Source: Scyliorhinus canicula (Eukaryota). From it: a stretch of 64,000 nt of DNA. The stretch is from NCBI RefSeq assembly GCF_902713615.1, contig NW_024055466.1:62001-126000 (forward strand), given 5' to 3'. A program made the position numbers and the translations under genes. Shown in pieces: positions 1-12,609 of this stretch (position 1 is its first letter; each line of letters begins with the position of its first letter). A model generated the notes under the pieces. It saw nothing but the letters and a program-made list of their open reading frames with translations, was not told the origin of the DNA and made no database searches.

Positions 1-175
1 AACACACACCCAAGTGAGTGTTCCAGTGAACTGACTGTGGAAAGAGCTTTACCAGTTACACAGCCTGAAGAAACATTACACCATTCACAGTGAGGAGAGA
101 CAGTGCACATGTTCTGTGTCTGAGCAAGATTGCAACTGATCATCCAACCTGGAGAGACACAATGACACTGGCACC

Positions 176-682
176 ATGGAGAAACCTTGGAAATGTGGGG
201 ACTGTGGGAAGGGATTCAGTTACCCATCCCAGCTGGAGTGCCATCGGCGCTGTCATACTGGGGAGAGACCATTCACCTGCTCCATGTGTGGGAAGGGATT
301 CACAAAGTCATCCAGCCTGGGGTCACATCAGAGAGTTCACAGTGATGAGAGACCTTTTAAATGCTTTTACTGTGGGGATTGCTTTAAAACCTCTCCAGAT
401 CTAATTAAACACCAGCTTGTTCACACTGACAAGAGACCATTCAGTTGCTCTCATTGTGAGAAGAGATTCAGACAATCGTCTCACCTTATTCAACACCAGC
501 GAATTCACACTGGGGAAAGGATATTCACCTGCTCCGTGTGTGGGAAACAATTCACTCAGTCATCCAATCTCCAGACACACCAACGCACTCACAGTGGGGA
601 GAAGCCGTTCACCTGCCCCGAGTGTGGGAAGGGATTCAATCGATCATCCAACCTGCTGAGACACCAGCGGGTTCATGTGTGA
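176..682 (+). CDS. C2H2 zinc-finger protein, 6 fingers, single-exon CDS, no KRAB/SCAN/BTB seen
   Basis: [14 protein letters not shown] start in strong Kozak context (gcaccATGG). Six CxxC-x12-HxxxH repeats with TGERPF-type linkers, stop TGA. Decayed fingers lie upstream (1-175). Confidence 0.85.
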   Translation: MEKPWKCGDCGKGFSYPSQLECHRRCHTGERPFTCSMCGKGFTKSSSLGSHQRVHSDERPFKCFYCGDCFKTSPDLIKHQLVHTDKRPFSCSHCEKRFRQSSHLIQHQRIHTGERIFTCSVCGKQFTQSSNLQTHQRTHSGEKPFTCPECGKGFNRSSNLLRHQRVHV

Positions 683-1048
683 CTGCAGGAGTTGGATGTT
701 GTTGGTAATCGCATCCTTTGTTTATTTCTGTTCAAGTTAATAACCCCTATAAGTGGGCTGGAGTTTGATGTTGTCCACAGGACAGGTGATGTGCTGGGAT
801 TGCAGTATGTGGGAGTTTTTGGAGAACATTGCCATCCTGGACAATCATATCTGCGGGAGTGTCTGCAACTTGCAGAACCTGGGCTCAGGGTTATTGAGCT
901 GGAGTCTGAGCTGCTGACATTGTGGGGCATCAAGGAGGGGGAAAGTCACCTGGAAACTTCCCCAAAGTTCAGTAGAAATTTGCAGTGGGTGGGGGACTTG
1001 GTTTTCTGCATCAATCGACAGTTTGAAATGTGTGGGGATAAGTGAGGA

Positions 1049-1900
1049 ATGATTGGATTGGATTTGTTTATTGTCACGTGTACCGAGGTACAATGAAAAG
1101 TATTTTTCTGCGAGCAGCTCAACAGATCATTCAGTACATGGGAAGAAAAAGGAATAAAAGTAAATACATAATAGGGCAACACGATATACAGTGTTATACA
1201 CGATATACATAAGCACTGGTATCGGATGAAGCATACAGGGTGTAGTGTTAATGAGGTCAGTCCATAAGAGGGTCATATAGGAGTCTGGTGACAGTGGGGA
1301 AGAAGCTATTTTTGAGTCTGTTCGTGCGTGTTCTCAGACTTCTGTATCTCCTGCTCGATGGAAGAAGTTGGAAGAGTGAGTAAGCTGGGTGGGAGGGATC
1401 TTTGATTATGCTGCCCACTTTCCCAAGGCAGCGGGAGGTGTAGATGGAGTCAATGGATGGGAGGCAGGTTCGTGTGATGGACTGGGCGGTGTTCACGACT
1501 CTCTGAAGTTTCTTGTGGTCCTGGGCCGAGCAGTTGCCATACCAGGCTGTGATGCAGCCCGATAGGATGCTTTCTATGGTGCATCTGTAAAAGTTGGTAA
1601 GGGTTAATGTGGACATGCCGAATTTCCTTAGTTTCCTGAGGAAGTATAGGCACTGTTGTGCTTTCTTGGTGATAGCGTCGACGTGAGTGGACCAGGACAG
1701 ATTTTTGGTGATGTGCACCCCTAGGAATTTGGAACTGCTAACCATCTCCACCTCGGCCCCGATGATGCTGACAGGGGTGTGTACAGTACTTTGCTTCCTG
1801 AAGTTAATGACCAGCTCTTTAGTTTTGCTGGCATTGAGGGAGAGATTGTTGTCGCTTCACCACTCCACTAGGTTCTCTATCTCCCTCCTGTATTCTGACT
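1049..1900 (-). mobile_element. 5'-truncated Rex1/Babar-clade LINE
   Basis: ORF 1257-1751 encodes an RT C-terminus (FLGVHITKNLSWSTH...FYRCTIESILSGCITAWYG). 3' tail ends in gtgacaataaacaaat(ccaat)n. Near-copy at 38277-39647. Confidence 0.8.
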
Positions 1901-2269
1901 CAGTGAACTCCGGCTGTCTGACAGCTCGGTGTATTACTGCAGGCTGAAAGACTCAGTGACAGGAACCGCATACAAAAACACTGTTGCAGTGGGACATGAT
2001 GAATGGAGCAGTGGGCTGTGGCGCAAGTTATGTGGAGTTCTAGCATTTAACAGACAATAATGTCCAGACAATGTGTCCACAGACAGTTCTCATCAGCTCT
2101 GAAGAGAGAAGTCAGATTTCATGCCCGTATATTTTTCTGTTCTATTTGATATGCCACTGATAGAGGATAACCAGAACAAATCTTACCCTTTTTATGTCCC
2201 CAGTGGAAGATTAATCAGAACCCACCCTGTCACCAAGCTCAATCTAATTCATGACAGTGAGTGAAATAT

Positions 2270-2578
2270 GGGCAGCATGGTAGCACAGTGGTAAGCACTG
2301 TTGCTTCACAGTGCCAGGGACCTGGGTTCGATTCCAGGCTTGGTCACTGTCTGTGCGGAGTCTGCACGTTCTCCCCGTGTCTCCGTGGGTTTCCACCGGG
2401 TGCTCCGGTTTCCTCCCACAAGTTCCGAAAGACTTCCTTACTCGGTGATTTAAACATTCGGAATTCTCCCTCAGTATACCTGAACTGGCATCAGAGTGTG
2501 GCGACTGGGCGCTTTTCACAGTAAATTCATCGCAGTGTTAACATAGGCCCACTTGTAACACTAATAAAGATTATTATT
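2270..2578 (+). mobile_element. tRNA-headed V-SINE with (ATT)n-ending tail
   Basis: A/B-box head (gtggtaagca...gggttcgattcc), V-domain core (gtgggtttccaccgggtgctccggtttcctcccac), tail cttttcacagta...aataaagattattatt. Similar copies at 23110-23393(-), 33610-33920(+), 55735-56103(-). Confidence 0.8.
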
Positions 2579-3229
2579 AAACAGGACATCTCCATCTACA
2601 TTCAACACCTGTTCTTTGAGATGATTTATTTCAAATCAATTAAAGATCAAACTGTCTCTCGGATCAATGAGTTTGCTGTCATTATTTCATTCCAATTACT
2701 TGGTTACAACAGTGATATCGTGATTCTAATCAACGTTTACAGCAACATTGCTATTGACTAATATGTACAAATTGTCCTCCCATCAGTTCCAGCACCTCCA
2801 GGAAGGCACAATATTCCATTGCCCGTTGCAACTTGGCTTTAAGGGTTAGCCCTGAGCCTGGTGGTAGCTTCACTCATGATACCCAGTTACATGTGAGGTA
2901 GAAATGGGACGGGAATAGAAGTAAAATATTGCGGTTGCTAGAAATCTGAAATAAAAACAAAATGCTGGATAAACTCAGCAAGTCTCGCATCATTTGTGAA
3001 GAAACCGTTAACATTTGGTTGCTATGTTTTTGGTTGCAGAATGTTAACGGTGATCTGGTCCTTTGGACTTCATTTGTCCGTTGGAAGACGGAGTGAGGGA
3101 AAAAGGAAGCAATATCTCAATGTCTCTGACAGCGCGTGGTGTCCATCTTTGTGCGGGGCAGAGCTCCATTAGGTCAGAGTTAATGGAATCGGGATCGACG
3201 TGCCCCTAACAAAGATGGGGAAGACGCGA

Positions 3230-3365
3230 GCTATGTGCATTTCGCCGAGGACTTCCGGACAGCAGCGCATGCGCATTGCAGCGGGTGTGGTTTGTTGACG
3301 GAAGCGCGCGGACTATTCCCCGGATCAGATTTGAGGGGAGACGGTTAACGGTCGCCGGCGTTGCC
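3230..3365 (+). promoter_or_regulatory. CpG-island promoter of EMC4
   Basis: CpG-rich 3200-3540. NRF1-type gcgcatgcgca (~3265) and ETS-type acttccgg/cggaag sites lie directly upstream of the ATG. Confidence 0.65.
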
Positions 3366-3439
3366 ATGGCTGCGGCGCTCGCCAACCGCGCGCGCTGGCA
3401 TAAGTGGACCCTCGAGCTCAACCCGAGCGGCAGCAGCAG
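3366..3439 (+). CDS. EMC4: EMC4 coding exon 1 (MAAALANRARWHKWTLELNPSGSS)
   Basis: Resembles the vertebrate EMC4 N-terminus (ANRGRRFKWAIEL). GT donor at 3440, phase 2, joins exon 2 in frame. Confidence 0.85.
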
Positions 3440-4110
3440 GTGCAGAGGCCGCGCGGGGAGCCTGGGGCTCGAGTAGGAGGCGCAGACCGGGCCAGCCTGC
3501 CTCACCCGCGGGGAGGGCACCGCACACTGACCCGGGGATGTGGGCACCAACCTAAAACTTTACACCCCACGGTTTTCCAGGGTCCTTTCACCCCTCACTT
3601 GGCCCCTTGGCAGAAAGCAGCTTTTCAAATCTCCTAGAAACCACTCCGACCCCACTTGACTTCTTTTCCTGGGGTCACGACCCTGAGACACCATCTTGGT
3701 TTCAGCCCCCCCACCTGATTGGGTGCCAACTGCGGTGTTGGGCTGGAGTAACCCTTGCTCGTTTCTAGGGCCGGGTGCTGCACTGGCTCTCTCTCGACAT
3801 TCAACATTGTTCACTTTCAAGCTAAAATTTAGTTCCTCCGGTGATTCGGTGTGATCGCCATTTGACAGAGGACTGGACAAGGGGATTGGCACCCTGATTG
3901 TCAGTTGACTCCAATCCTCTTTTGTGGCCGTCCATTCCCATGGCAGTTTTGTGGATGCAGTGGTACTGTGTGCTCTTGGCTTGCTCATGGTTTAGTTCAT
4001 GCTGGCAGTATTGCCACCACGGTGGGGTCCCTGATGGAGAGACTCCCTCTTTAAAGAGGGTCCTGAAAGGGTTGCTGAGGTGACCAATTTGTGTTCTCTG
4101 TTTCTCGCAG

Positions 4111-4222
4111 GAGCTGTGATAAACAGAATGGTCAGGCTGACTTCATGTGCCCAGTCGCATATTCAGACAAACAGCTTCCAGACATCCGCGTCCAAGAAAC
4201 AGACCGGATGGTGGTTGAGAAA
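4111..4222 (+). CDS. EMC4: EMC4 exon 2 (RSCDKQNGQADFMCPVAYSDKQLPDIRVQETDRMVVEK)
   Basis: Pyrimidine tract and cgcag acceptor, gtaagt donor. Aligns to EMC4 PVGYxDKQVPDTSVQETDRILVEK. Confidence 0.92.
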
Positions 4223-4427
4223 GTAAGTTGGATTTGAATGTGTCCTCGGTGTCCAGCTAGCCAGGCTTGGTTTGTCAACAGTGGTTAACTAGGTTGGTGA
4301 ACCGCTACACCCTATGTGGTAAAGGGACCTTTTGTGAGGTTAACCGTCATCCTTATTTCCAGGCCTGGGTGTGACCTTCCCCAACCTGGCTCCCTTTACT
4401 GATGCTCTGCTTGCTTTCTGTTTTCAG

Positions 4428-4581
4428 TTCTGCTGGGACATCGCCTTGGCTCCATTGAAGCAGCTGCCCATGAATCTGTTCATTATGTACACGGCTGGCA
4501 ACAACATCTCCATCTTCCCTATCATGATGGTTTGCATGATGGCCTGGAGACCCATACAGGCACTGATGTCCATGTCGGCAA
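4428..4581 (+). CDS. EMC4: EMC4 exon 3 ([51 protein letters not shown])
   Basis: ttttcag acceptor, gtgagt donor. Hallmark EMC4/TMEM85 (DUF1077) sequence. Confidence 0.95.
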
Positions 4582-4915
4582 GTGAGTATTGTATTGATTC
4601 TGCAGCTGCGAAACCGCTCTGAACTGGTATCATTTGAATGGGACTTAGAATAGAGTGCTGAGAGCTCGGTGAATGAGGGAGTTCGGGAAGGACGGGAAAG
4701 AGGAGCTCTTTTACTTTCCAGATTTCTTGGCCTTCAAGAAGTGATCTTACTCTGCTACAGGAGAAGAAGTTAGTTTGTTAGTGAGTAACTGCCAAGTGAC
4801 ATGGGGTTATTCTATTTCTATGGCTCAAAATACTGTAGCAACTGGTTGTAAGGTTGATAAAATATATAAAAACAAAAGTAAAACATATTAGGGGTGGCAC
4901 GGTAGGTTTATACCT

Positions 4916-5205
4916 CCAATGTACAGATATCCCCCTGGGAGAGAGAGGGGACAGAGACACCAGTCACTGTACAGATATCCCCCTGGGGGAGAGAGGGGAT
5001 AGAGACACCAGTCAGTGTACAGATATCCACCTGAGAGAGAGGGGACAGAGACACCAGTCAGTGTACAGATATCCCCCTGAGAGGGGACAGAGACACCAGT
5101 CAGTTTCCAGATATCGCCCTGAGAGACACCAGTGAGTGTACAGATATCTCCCTGGGGGAGAGAGGGGACAGAGACACCAGTCACTGTACAGATATCTCCC
5201 TGAGA
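4916..5205. repeat. ~48-bp minisatellite in EMC4 intron 3
   Basis: About 7 variable copies of cagtgtacagatatccccctgggggagagaggggacagagacaccagt. Confidence 0.85.
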
Positions 5206-5673
5206 TTTCTCTTGGTGTCCAACAATCCATTGATGTCAGTTTGGAATTTAATCAGTGATTGAACATCCACAACTCTCTTGTCAACTACAGACAACTCATG
5301 GGGTGAGGAAATTCCACTTCAGCTCAGTCCGAACTGGCTGCCCCTGATCCTGTGTCTCTGTTACGGATTCTGCAGCCAGAGGAAACAGTGTCTCCACATC
5401 TCACTGTCAAACCCTATTTACAATTATATCTGCTTCAATCGGATCAACTCTCAGTCTCGTAAACACAAGAGAGTAAAGGCTCATTCTTCCCAATCTCTCC
5501 TCGTTGGACAATCCTGTCATCCCAGGAACCAATCAGGTGAACCTTTGTTACCCTCCCTCCTGGGCAATTCTGTAGATAAGGAGACCCAAACTGCATAAGG
5601 TGTTCCTGCTGTGTTTGACCAAAACTGCAATTTGTACAATTGCAGAAAGATTTCCTCACTCAAACTCCAGTGA

Positions 5674-5965
5674 ATCATGGAAATCCTACAGTGCTGAAGG
5701 AGGCCATTTGGCCCATCGAGTCTGCACCAACCATTTGAAAGGCCACCATACAGAGACCCAATTCCCTCCCTATCCCTGTAACCCCACCTGACCTTTCGAC
5801 ACTTGAGGGGCAATTTAGCATGGCCAATCCACCGAACCGGTACATCTTTGGACTGTGGGAGGAAACCGGAGAACCCGGAGGAAACCCACGCAGACACTGG
5901 GTTAACGTGCAGACTCTGCACTGGCAGTCAGCCGAAGCTGTAATCAAACCCGGGTCCCTGGCGCC
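5674..5965 (-). mobile_element. HE1-type V-SINE with CR1-like tail
   Basis: Reverse complement of the V-domain and of the gatgggccaaatggcctccttc tail. Confidence 0.75.
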
Positions 5966-6127
5966 ATCCCTCGGTGAAGGCTAACGGAATACCTGCCGTC
6001 CCAATTTCTTGCTGTATCTCCAAACTGACTGTTTGTGATTCGAGTACAAGGATCCCTCAATCCTCTGTGAACATTTCAATCTCTCTCCTGTTCCTGACCT
6101 TTCTGTTTTTCCCATTCTCACTCCCAG

Positions 6128-6288
6128 TCTTTAAGGTCCTGGGGAATTCGACTCAGCACTGGCTGCAGTGTCTGCTCTACTTCATCGGCAACCTGCTGGG
6201 GTTGGCCCTGGCCGTCTACAAGTGCCAGGTGATGGGGCTGCTGCCCACGCACTCCTCCGACTGGCTGGCATTCCTCCAGCCGCCCCAG
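6128..6288 (+). CDS. EMC4: EMC4 exon 4 ([54 protein letters not shown])
   Basis: ctcccag acceptor, gtaaga donor. Conserved [25 protein letters not shown] motif. Confidence 0.95.
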
Positions 6289-6399
6289 GTAAGATCTGAA
6301 CTCGGAACGTGAGGGGAGTTAGGAAAATAGGAAGAGAAGGAGACCGTTCAGCGCTCTGGAGCCTGAGCGACGGGTCCAACGTTCCCTGGAGTTCAGATC

Positions 6400-6750
6400 A
6401 CCCGATTGAAAGGTGTGAAATTCTGAGGAGACTCCGTAAGGTCGATGTGGAGAGGCTAAATCCCGGAGAGTCGGGGACACAGTCTCGATAAGGGGGCGGC
6501 CATTTTGGACTGTGACGAGGGAGAATTTCTTCACCCAGAGGGTTTGTGAATCTTTGGAATTCTCTATCCCAGGGAATCCTGGATGTTCGGTCGTTGAGTG
6601 TGTTCAAGGCTGAGGTGGAGATATCTTTGAGAATTGTGGGGCGGGGAGGAGTGCAGGGAGAGTGGAGCTGAGGTCGATGATGAGCCGTAATCTTGTTGAA
6701 TAGTGGAGCAGGCTCGCCAGGAGCTATTCCCACTCCTATTCCTGATGTTC
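6400..6750 (+). mobile_element. Old CR1 3' fragment in EMC4 intron 4
   Basis: aatttcttcacccagagggtt...tggaattctctatcccag and the tggagcaggctcg tail are typical CR1 3' region. Confidence 0.6.
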
Positions 6751-6764
6751 CTCTCCTTTCACAG

Positions 6765-6800
6765 AGAGTGGAGTACATGGGCGGGGGGCTGGTCCTGTGA
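6765..6800 (+). CDS. EMC4: EMC4 terminal coding exon (RVEYMGGGLVL-stop)
   Basis: tttcacag acceptor. Matches the EMC4 C-terminus (RMEFSGGGLLL). Exons sum to 537 nt = 178 aa + stop. Confidence 0.9.
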   Translation, partial: RVEYMGGGLVL

Positions 6801-7834
6801 TGGTCCCACTCTCCTCCCATCGCTCGGAGAGACAACGCCCGAGGATGATCAACACTGGACTGAATCTGCTTCCTCCTGGTTAACGTCGGACCAGGCAGGC
6901 TCCAGGCAGGCTCCACGTAACCTGCCCTCCCATCGCTGCCCCATACACACTGACAGAAAGAGACAGACAGCTGGCCCGTGTACCTGTGACCACTGTCGGA
7001 ATGGCCGGAGATGTTGGCAGCAGGGACTGTGTATTTTGTCACTGGTTATTCATTCGTTCAACTCCCTTTGCTGAGCCACGAATGAGGGATGTGTTGGGGC
7101 TGATGATGGGATGGGAGGCTCCTGAATCAGTCAGTCCCGGATGATCCCGGTGGCTCTTGCTCTCCATCCCACCTGGGCCGGAAGGTCACAGGTTTGTAAC
7201 CTGAGAGTCAAGCTGCTGTAATCGGGGCTGTCATTCCAGCCAGCAGAGCTGAGGGAGTGCTGCTGTGTCAGTGAGATGTCAAACCGAGGCCCTCCACCCC
7301 CTCGAGTGGATGTAAAATATAAGCAGCAACAGTAGGATGGGGAGGGAAGTTCTCTCCGGTGTCCCTCAAACCCTCACTGAAATTAGGTTCTTGACCATGT
7401 GTTGCATAATGCTATGTGGGATCTTGCTGTGCACATAGCAGTCGCCGTCTCCTCCCACAGAATGGCAGGGGCTACACTGCGGGAGTGACCCGTCGAAAGG
7501 AAGAGATTGTCTTCCTCCTGTGCCTTTTCCGACTGGCCCAGAGCTTTCCATCAACACGGCAGCTTTTTATATTTGAAGCACAGTCACTGTTTTCACATGC
7601 GAATCTCGGCAGGGACTGCACAGCAAGATCCCATAAACACTGCTATTACCACCAGATACCACGTCAGGCTATCTGAAGGATAATATTGCTGCTCGGACAC
7701 CAGGCTGGGGAAAGGATTGGGCTGGGTAGTTGCTGCCATCCTTCTCTCCATCACATTGGCCTCGGGATCTTGTACATCCACCTGAGGGGGCACAATGTGA
7801 CAGGGAACCTAGTTTATGTCCCACTGACAACAGG

Positions 7835-8165
7835 AGGCACGGTAGGGCAGCACGGTAGCACAGTGGATAGCACTGTGGCTTCACAGCGCCAGGGTCCCAC
7901 GATCGATTCCCTGCTGGGTCACTGTCTGTGCAGAGTCTGCACGTTCTCCCTGTGTCTCTGTGGGTTTCCCCCGGGTGCTCCGGTTTCCTCCCACAGTCCA
8001 AAGACGTGCAGGTTAGGTGGTTTGGCCATGCTAAATTGCCCTTAGTGACCAATAAGGTGAGGAGCGGTTATTGGGTTACGGGGATAGGGTGGAAGTGAGG
8101 GCTTAAGTGGGTCGGTGCAGACTCGATGGGCCAAATGGCCTCCATCTGCACTGTATGTTCTATGT
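7835..8165 (+). mobile_element. HE1-type V-SINE, full length
   Basis: tRNA-like head, V-domain, CR1-type tail ending ctgtatgttctatg. Confidence 0.8.
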
Positions 8166-8182
8166 TATTGAATATTTAGTGC

Positions 8183-8440
8183 TTGCATATCTGTGAGTGG
8201 GCGCACATATGTGCATGTCTATGTGTATGTGTGTCTACGTTTGTATATGTGTGTGCCTATGTTTTTTTCTGTGCCTGTGTATGTGTATGCGTGCGCCTGT
8301 ATGTGTGTGGGTGTGCCTATGCGTGTGTGTGGGTGCACGTGCATGCGCATGTGTACCCAGCATATTGCATGTGCGAGGGTGGCTAGGTGCGTGTGCGAGT
8401 GTGCCTACGGATGAGTACATGTGTGCCAATGGATGTGTGT
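8183..8440. repeat. Degenerate (GT/GTAT)n microsatellite
   Basis: Alternating purine-pyrimidine tract. Confidence 0.85.
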
Positions 8441-9799
8441 CTGGTCTTTCAACTGCCCTTCCCAGGTTCCAGAAGAGATTTGCTCCAAAGTCAGTCTGGA
8501 CATCGTATCTGAATGTGTTCCACTCTTATACTCTGTACTGTCACTAAGCTTCCCCATTAACCTCATCTGGTGTGTGAAGTGGCTGCAGCATCTCCAGGAG
8601 TTTCTGACAGTTCTTGACAATCTGCTTTCACTTTATTTAATGATTGTGTTTGAATTGTTCCTCTTCTGTTGGTGGGGCTGGGGTGGTGGTGGTGGGGGGG
8701 CTGGTGTGGTGGTGGTCGGGGGGGGGGGGGGGGTGTCCTAATGGTCAGGGTGCCCTTCTGACCCCTCCCAACTCTGAGACTGTGCCCGATACAGGAGTGA
8801 ACCGAGGCCGCTGGAGGCGAATCGATAACCTCGAGGTGAGTGGAGAAATATTCAGTCAGTGCGAGTTTGGCTCTGCTGTAAAGAAGCTGCAATGTCTTTT
8901 CAATGATCCTGTAACTGTGAAAATAAAGAATTTCTGCAAAACTGGGCCTCTGTGAAATGACAGTAAAGGAAAACGAGTCTCGGATTTCACTGACTCCACC
9001 AGCTCAAAGCTCTCCTGCTCCTTATTAAGTTACGTTTTTAACTCTGCCACAGCCTCGCCTCCTCTGTCCCAGACTTTATGCTGCTGTCTCAGTGAATGGA
9101 ATGACTGAGTGAATCCACACTCAGTCTTTAACGTTCTCTGTCTGTCTCTCTCTCCCTGTTGTGCTGACACTCATGAATCTCAGGCTGATCACTGAATTCT
9201 GAGTTCCTATCGACAGTCAACAAGACCTTGATATTTATTGCACCTTCAATACAGTAAAAATCATTTCGCACTGGAGCTGCTTTCACCAGATATTCTCGTG
9301 TTCCAGATCACCAGAATTCACTGAGTAAAATCATCTCTACTCGTGTCCATCCTGGCTGTTATGACAATTATTTTAAAGTTGTCTTCTGTTGTTACCAACC
9401 ACCCTGCCAATGGAAACAACTTCTCTCTATGTTGATGAAACCCCTCAAGCATTTCCGTCACTCAATTAAATCTTTCCTTCACCTTCTCTGATACTGGGAG
9501 AACAATCCCGGCTTCGCAGGTCTCTTCACAGAACAGAAATCTCCCATCACTGATACTGTTCTAGTGAGGCTTCCCTGCACCCTCTCCAATTCCTTGATAT
9601 CTTTCCTAGGGTGCGGTGCTCAGAATTGAACAAAATATTTCCGATGTGGATTAACCAGTGATTTAGAAAGATTCAGTATAACTTGTTTTTCCCACTCTTT
9701 TCCTCCAATAAACCAAAGACCCAATTAGGATGTTTTAACCAAGTTGATCGACCAGAAGGCCTTTGACAAGGTGCCGCATAGGAAACAATTAAATAAGTT

Positions 9800-10398
9800 T
9801 TTAAAAATCAATTTTGAGTACCCAATTTTGAGATTTTATTTTCCAATATAGGGGCAATTTAGCGCGGCCAATGCACCTCACTTGCACATCTTTGGGTTGT
9901 GGGGGTGAAACCCATGCAGACATGGGGAGACAATAAACAAAGGGGAAGCACGGTAGCATTGTGGATAGCACAATCGCTTCACAGCTCCAGGGTCCCAAGT
10001 TCGATTCCGGCTTGGGTCACTGTCTGTGCGGAGTCTGCACATCCTCCCCGTGTGTGCGTGGGTTTCCTCCGGGTGCTCCGGTTTCCTCCCACAGTCCAAA
10101 GATGTGCGGGTTAAGTGGATTGGCTATCATAAATTGCCCTTAGTGTCCAAAATTGCCCTTAGTGTTGGGTGGGGTTACTGAGTTATGGGGATAGGGTGGA
10201 GGTGTTGACCTTGGGTCGGGTGCTCTTTCCAAGAGCAGGTGCAGGCTCGATGGGCCGAATGGCCTCCTTCTGCACTGTAAATTCTATGTAAATCTATGAA
10301 TGTGCAAACTCCACACGGACAGTCACCCAGGGCCGGAATTCCAATCCGGGTCCTCAGCGCCGCAGTCCCAGTGCTATCCACTGCACCACATGCCGCCC
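9800..10398 (-). mobile_element. A-tailed V-SINE with a nested + strand HE1 SINE (~9945-10298), inserted in a CR1
   Basis: attaaataagtt flanks both sides (9788-9799, 10404-10415). The inner SINE is in the opposite orientation. Confidence 0.7.
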
Positions 10399-10454
10399 TA
10401 CTCATTAAATAAGTTAGCAAAGTGTCTTGGGAGTCCTTGTTCAAGATTTTCTTA

Positions 10455-11090
10455 AGGTGAACGTGCAGGTTCAGTCGGCAGTTAGGAAGGCAAATGCAAT
10501 GCTAGCATTTATGTCGAGAGGGTGAGAATACAAGAGCAGGGATGTACATCTGAGGCTGTATGAGGCTCTGGTCAGACTCCATTTGGAGTATTGTGAGCAG
10601 TTTTGGGCCCTGTATCTAAGGAAGGATATGCTGGCCTTGGAAAGGGTGCAGAGGAGGTTCACAAGAATGATCCCTGGAATGAAGAGCTTGTCGTATGAGG
10701 AGCGGTTGAGGACTCTGTGTCTGTACTTGTTGGAGTTTAGAAGGATGAGGGGAGGATCTTATTGAAACTTACAGGATACTGCGAGACCTGGAGAGAGTGG
10801 ATGTGGAGAGGATGTTTCAACTTGTAGGAAAATCTAGAACCAGAGAACACAATCTCAGATTAAAGGGACAATCCTTTAAAACAGAGATGAGGAGGAATTT
10901 CTTTGCTGCAGAATGCTGGAGGCCAAATCAGAGTGTCTTTAAGTGAGAGATAGATAGGTTCTTGATCAATGAGGGGATCAGGGTTTATGGCGAGAAGGCA
11001 AGAGAATGGGAATATCAGAATATCAGCCATGATTGAACGGCGGAGCAGACTCGATAGGCCGAGTGGCCTAATTCTGCTCATATGTCTTAT
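10455..11090 (+). mobile_element. CR1 LINE 3' fragment
   Basis: Decayed YEALVRLHLEYCEQFWALYLRKDMLALERVQRRFTRMIPG followed by a CR1 3' tail. Confidence 0.85.
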
Positions 11091-12609
11091 GGACCTGTCC
11101 TGTTGCATTGAAATATTTCTTTATATTCACTCCTGGGTCACTCGACCTGCATTCTGTTTAAAATTGTACCGTTTAGTTTACTTTGCCTCTCCTCATTCTT
11201 CCTTCCAAATACATCCTTTTTTTAAAAAATGTTTTGAAATATTTTTAAAAAATAAATTCAGTGTACCCAATTCATTTTTTCCAATTAAGGGAAATTTAGC
11301 GTGGCGAATCCACCTACCCTGTGTATCTTTGGGTTGTGGGGGTGAAACCCACGCAGACACAGGGAGAATGTGCAAACTCCATACGGACAGTGACCCAGAG
11401 CTGGGCTTGAACCTGGGACCTCGGTGCCGTGAGGCAGCAGTGCTAACCACTGCACCACCATGCTTCCTCATTCCAAATACATCCTCGATTTGAATCGCTT
11501 TGGGATGTTGTGAGCTTGTAAAAGATACAAAATAAACACAAGTATTTTCTATCACATTTACAGCAGACTTGGGTTGTAGATTTTGCTCTGGAAAGTTTGT
11601 TGGGTTACGGGTATAGGGTGGATACATGGGTTTGAGTAGGGTGATCATTGCTCGGCACAACATTGAGGGCCAAAGGGCCTGTTCTGTGCTGTACTGTTCT
11701 ATTCTATATTCTATATCTCCCCAATTTTTAATTGGAGGAAATTTCTTCTCATCCAGTACTGGATGTGGGATAAGCAGTTTGATAATTTAGTAACAGTGGA
11801 GGAATGGAGAAGGATGGGGGTGAGGTAGAGCTGGGTGTTGTCAGTGTCCATGTGAAAACTAACACGGTGCTTTGGGATGATGTCACCTAGTGGCAGCTTG
11901 TAGATGGGAAATAGGAGGGGCCGAGGATAGATTCTTGGGGAACACCGAGTACAAGGACTTTGGAGAGGAAAGCGATATGAGATGGGTGGTACTTTGCAAC
12001 AACAGTCGGAAAGTTTTTTTAAAAAAAAGGATAGGTGATGATGGTGGATTTAAAGGTGAGAGTGACAGTACCAAAAGAGAGAGAGAAACGTTAACAAAAT
12101 CAGCTAACACGGAGAAGCTAACATGGTCAGGATGTTTAGTGCGAATGGAGTCAAGGAGCAGAAGGCAGGTGTCTGACAAGATGAGTTCTGAGGAAGATTG
12201 AAGATAGGAGTGAAACTGGAGAAAGATGCAGATTCAGGGCTCAGATTTTGAGGAAATTTAGAAATGGTTTGGTCTGGTGGGTTAGTGGGAGGGAGGGAAG
12301 TAGCAGAGGCAGCTGATCGGATTGTCTCAATCTCAGTAACAAAGAATCTCAATCTCAGTAACAAAGAAGCTCCACAAGCTCCTCACACTTGTTGGAGGTG
12401 AGGATGGAAGAGACTGGGGAACCTTTCAAAGAGAATTAATCTGTTAGAGATACTAAAAAATTTACCACACTGTTTAACATAAAGCTGGTTTATTTGACTT
12501 TTATGTGAAATGTTAACCGCCAGAACTGGAGTTTATTAACACCAGCAGAAACTGACCCAATGAATATGGTTCTCCCCCGGATACACTTAACAGAACAATT
12601 CAATCACAG

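Noticed and set aside
20-175. Selenocysteine recoding of the conserved TGA at a ZF cysteine position
   Set aside because: The leaders also carry copy-specific frameshifts and extra stops (TAG in two copies), and no SECIS was recognised. Inherited decay is the simpler explanation.
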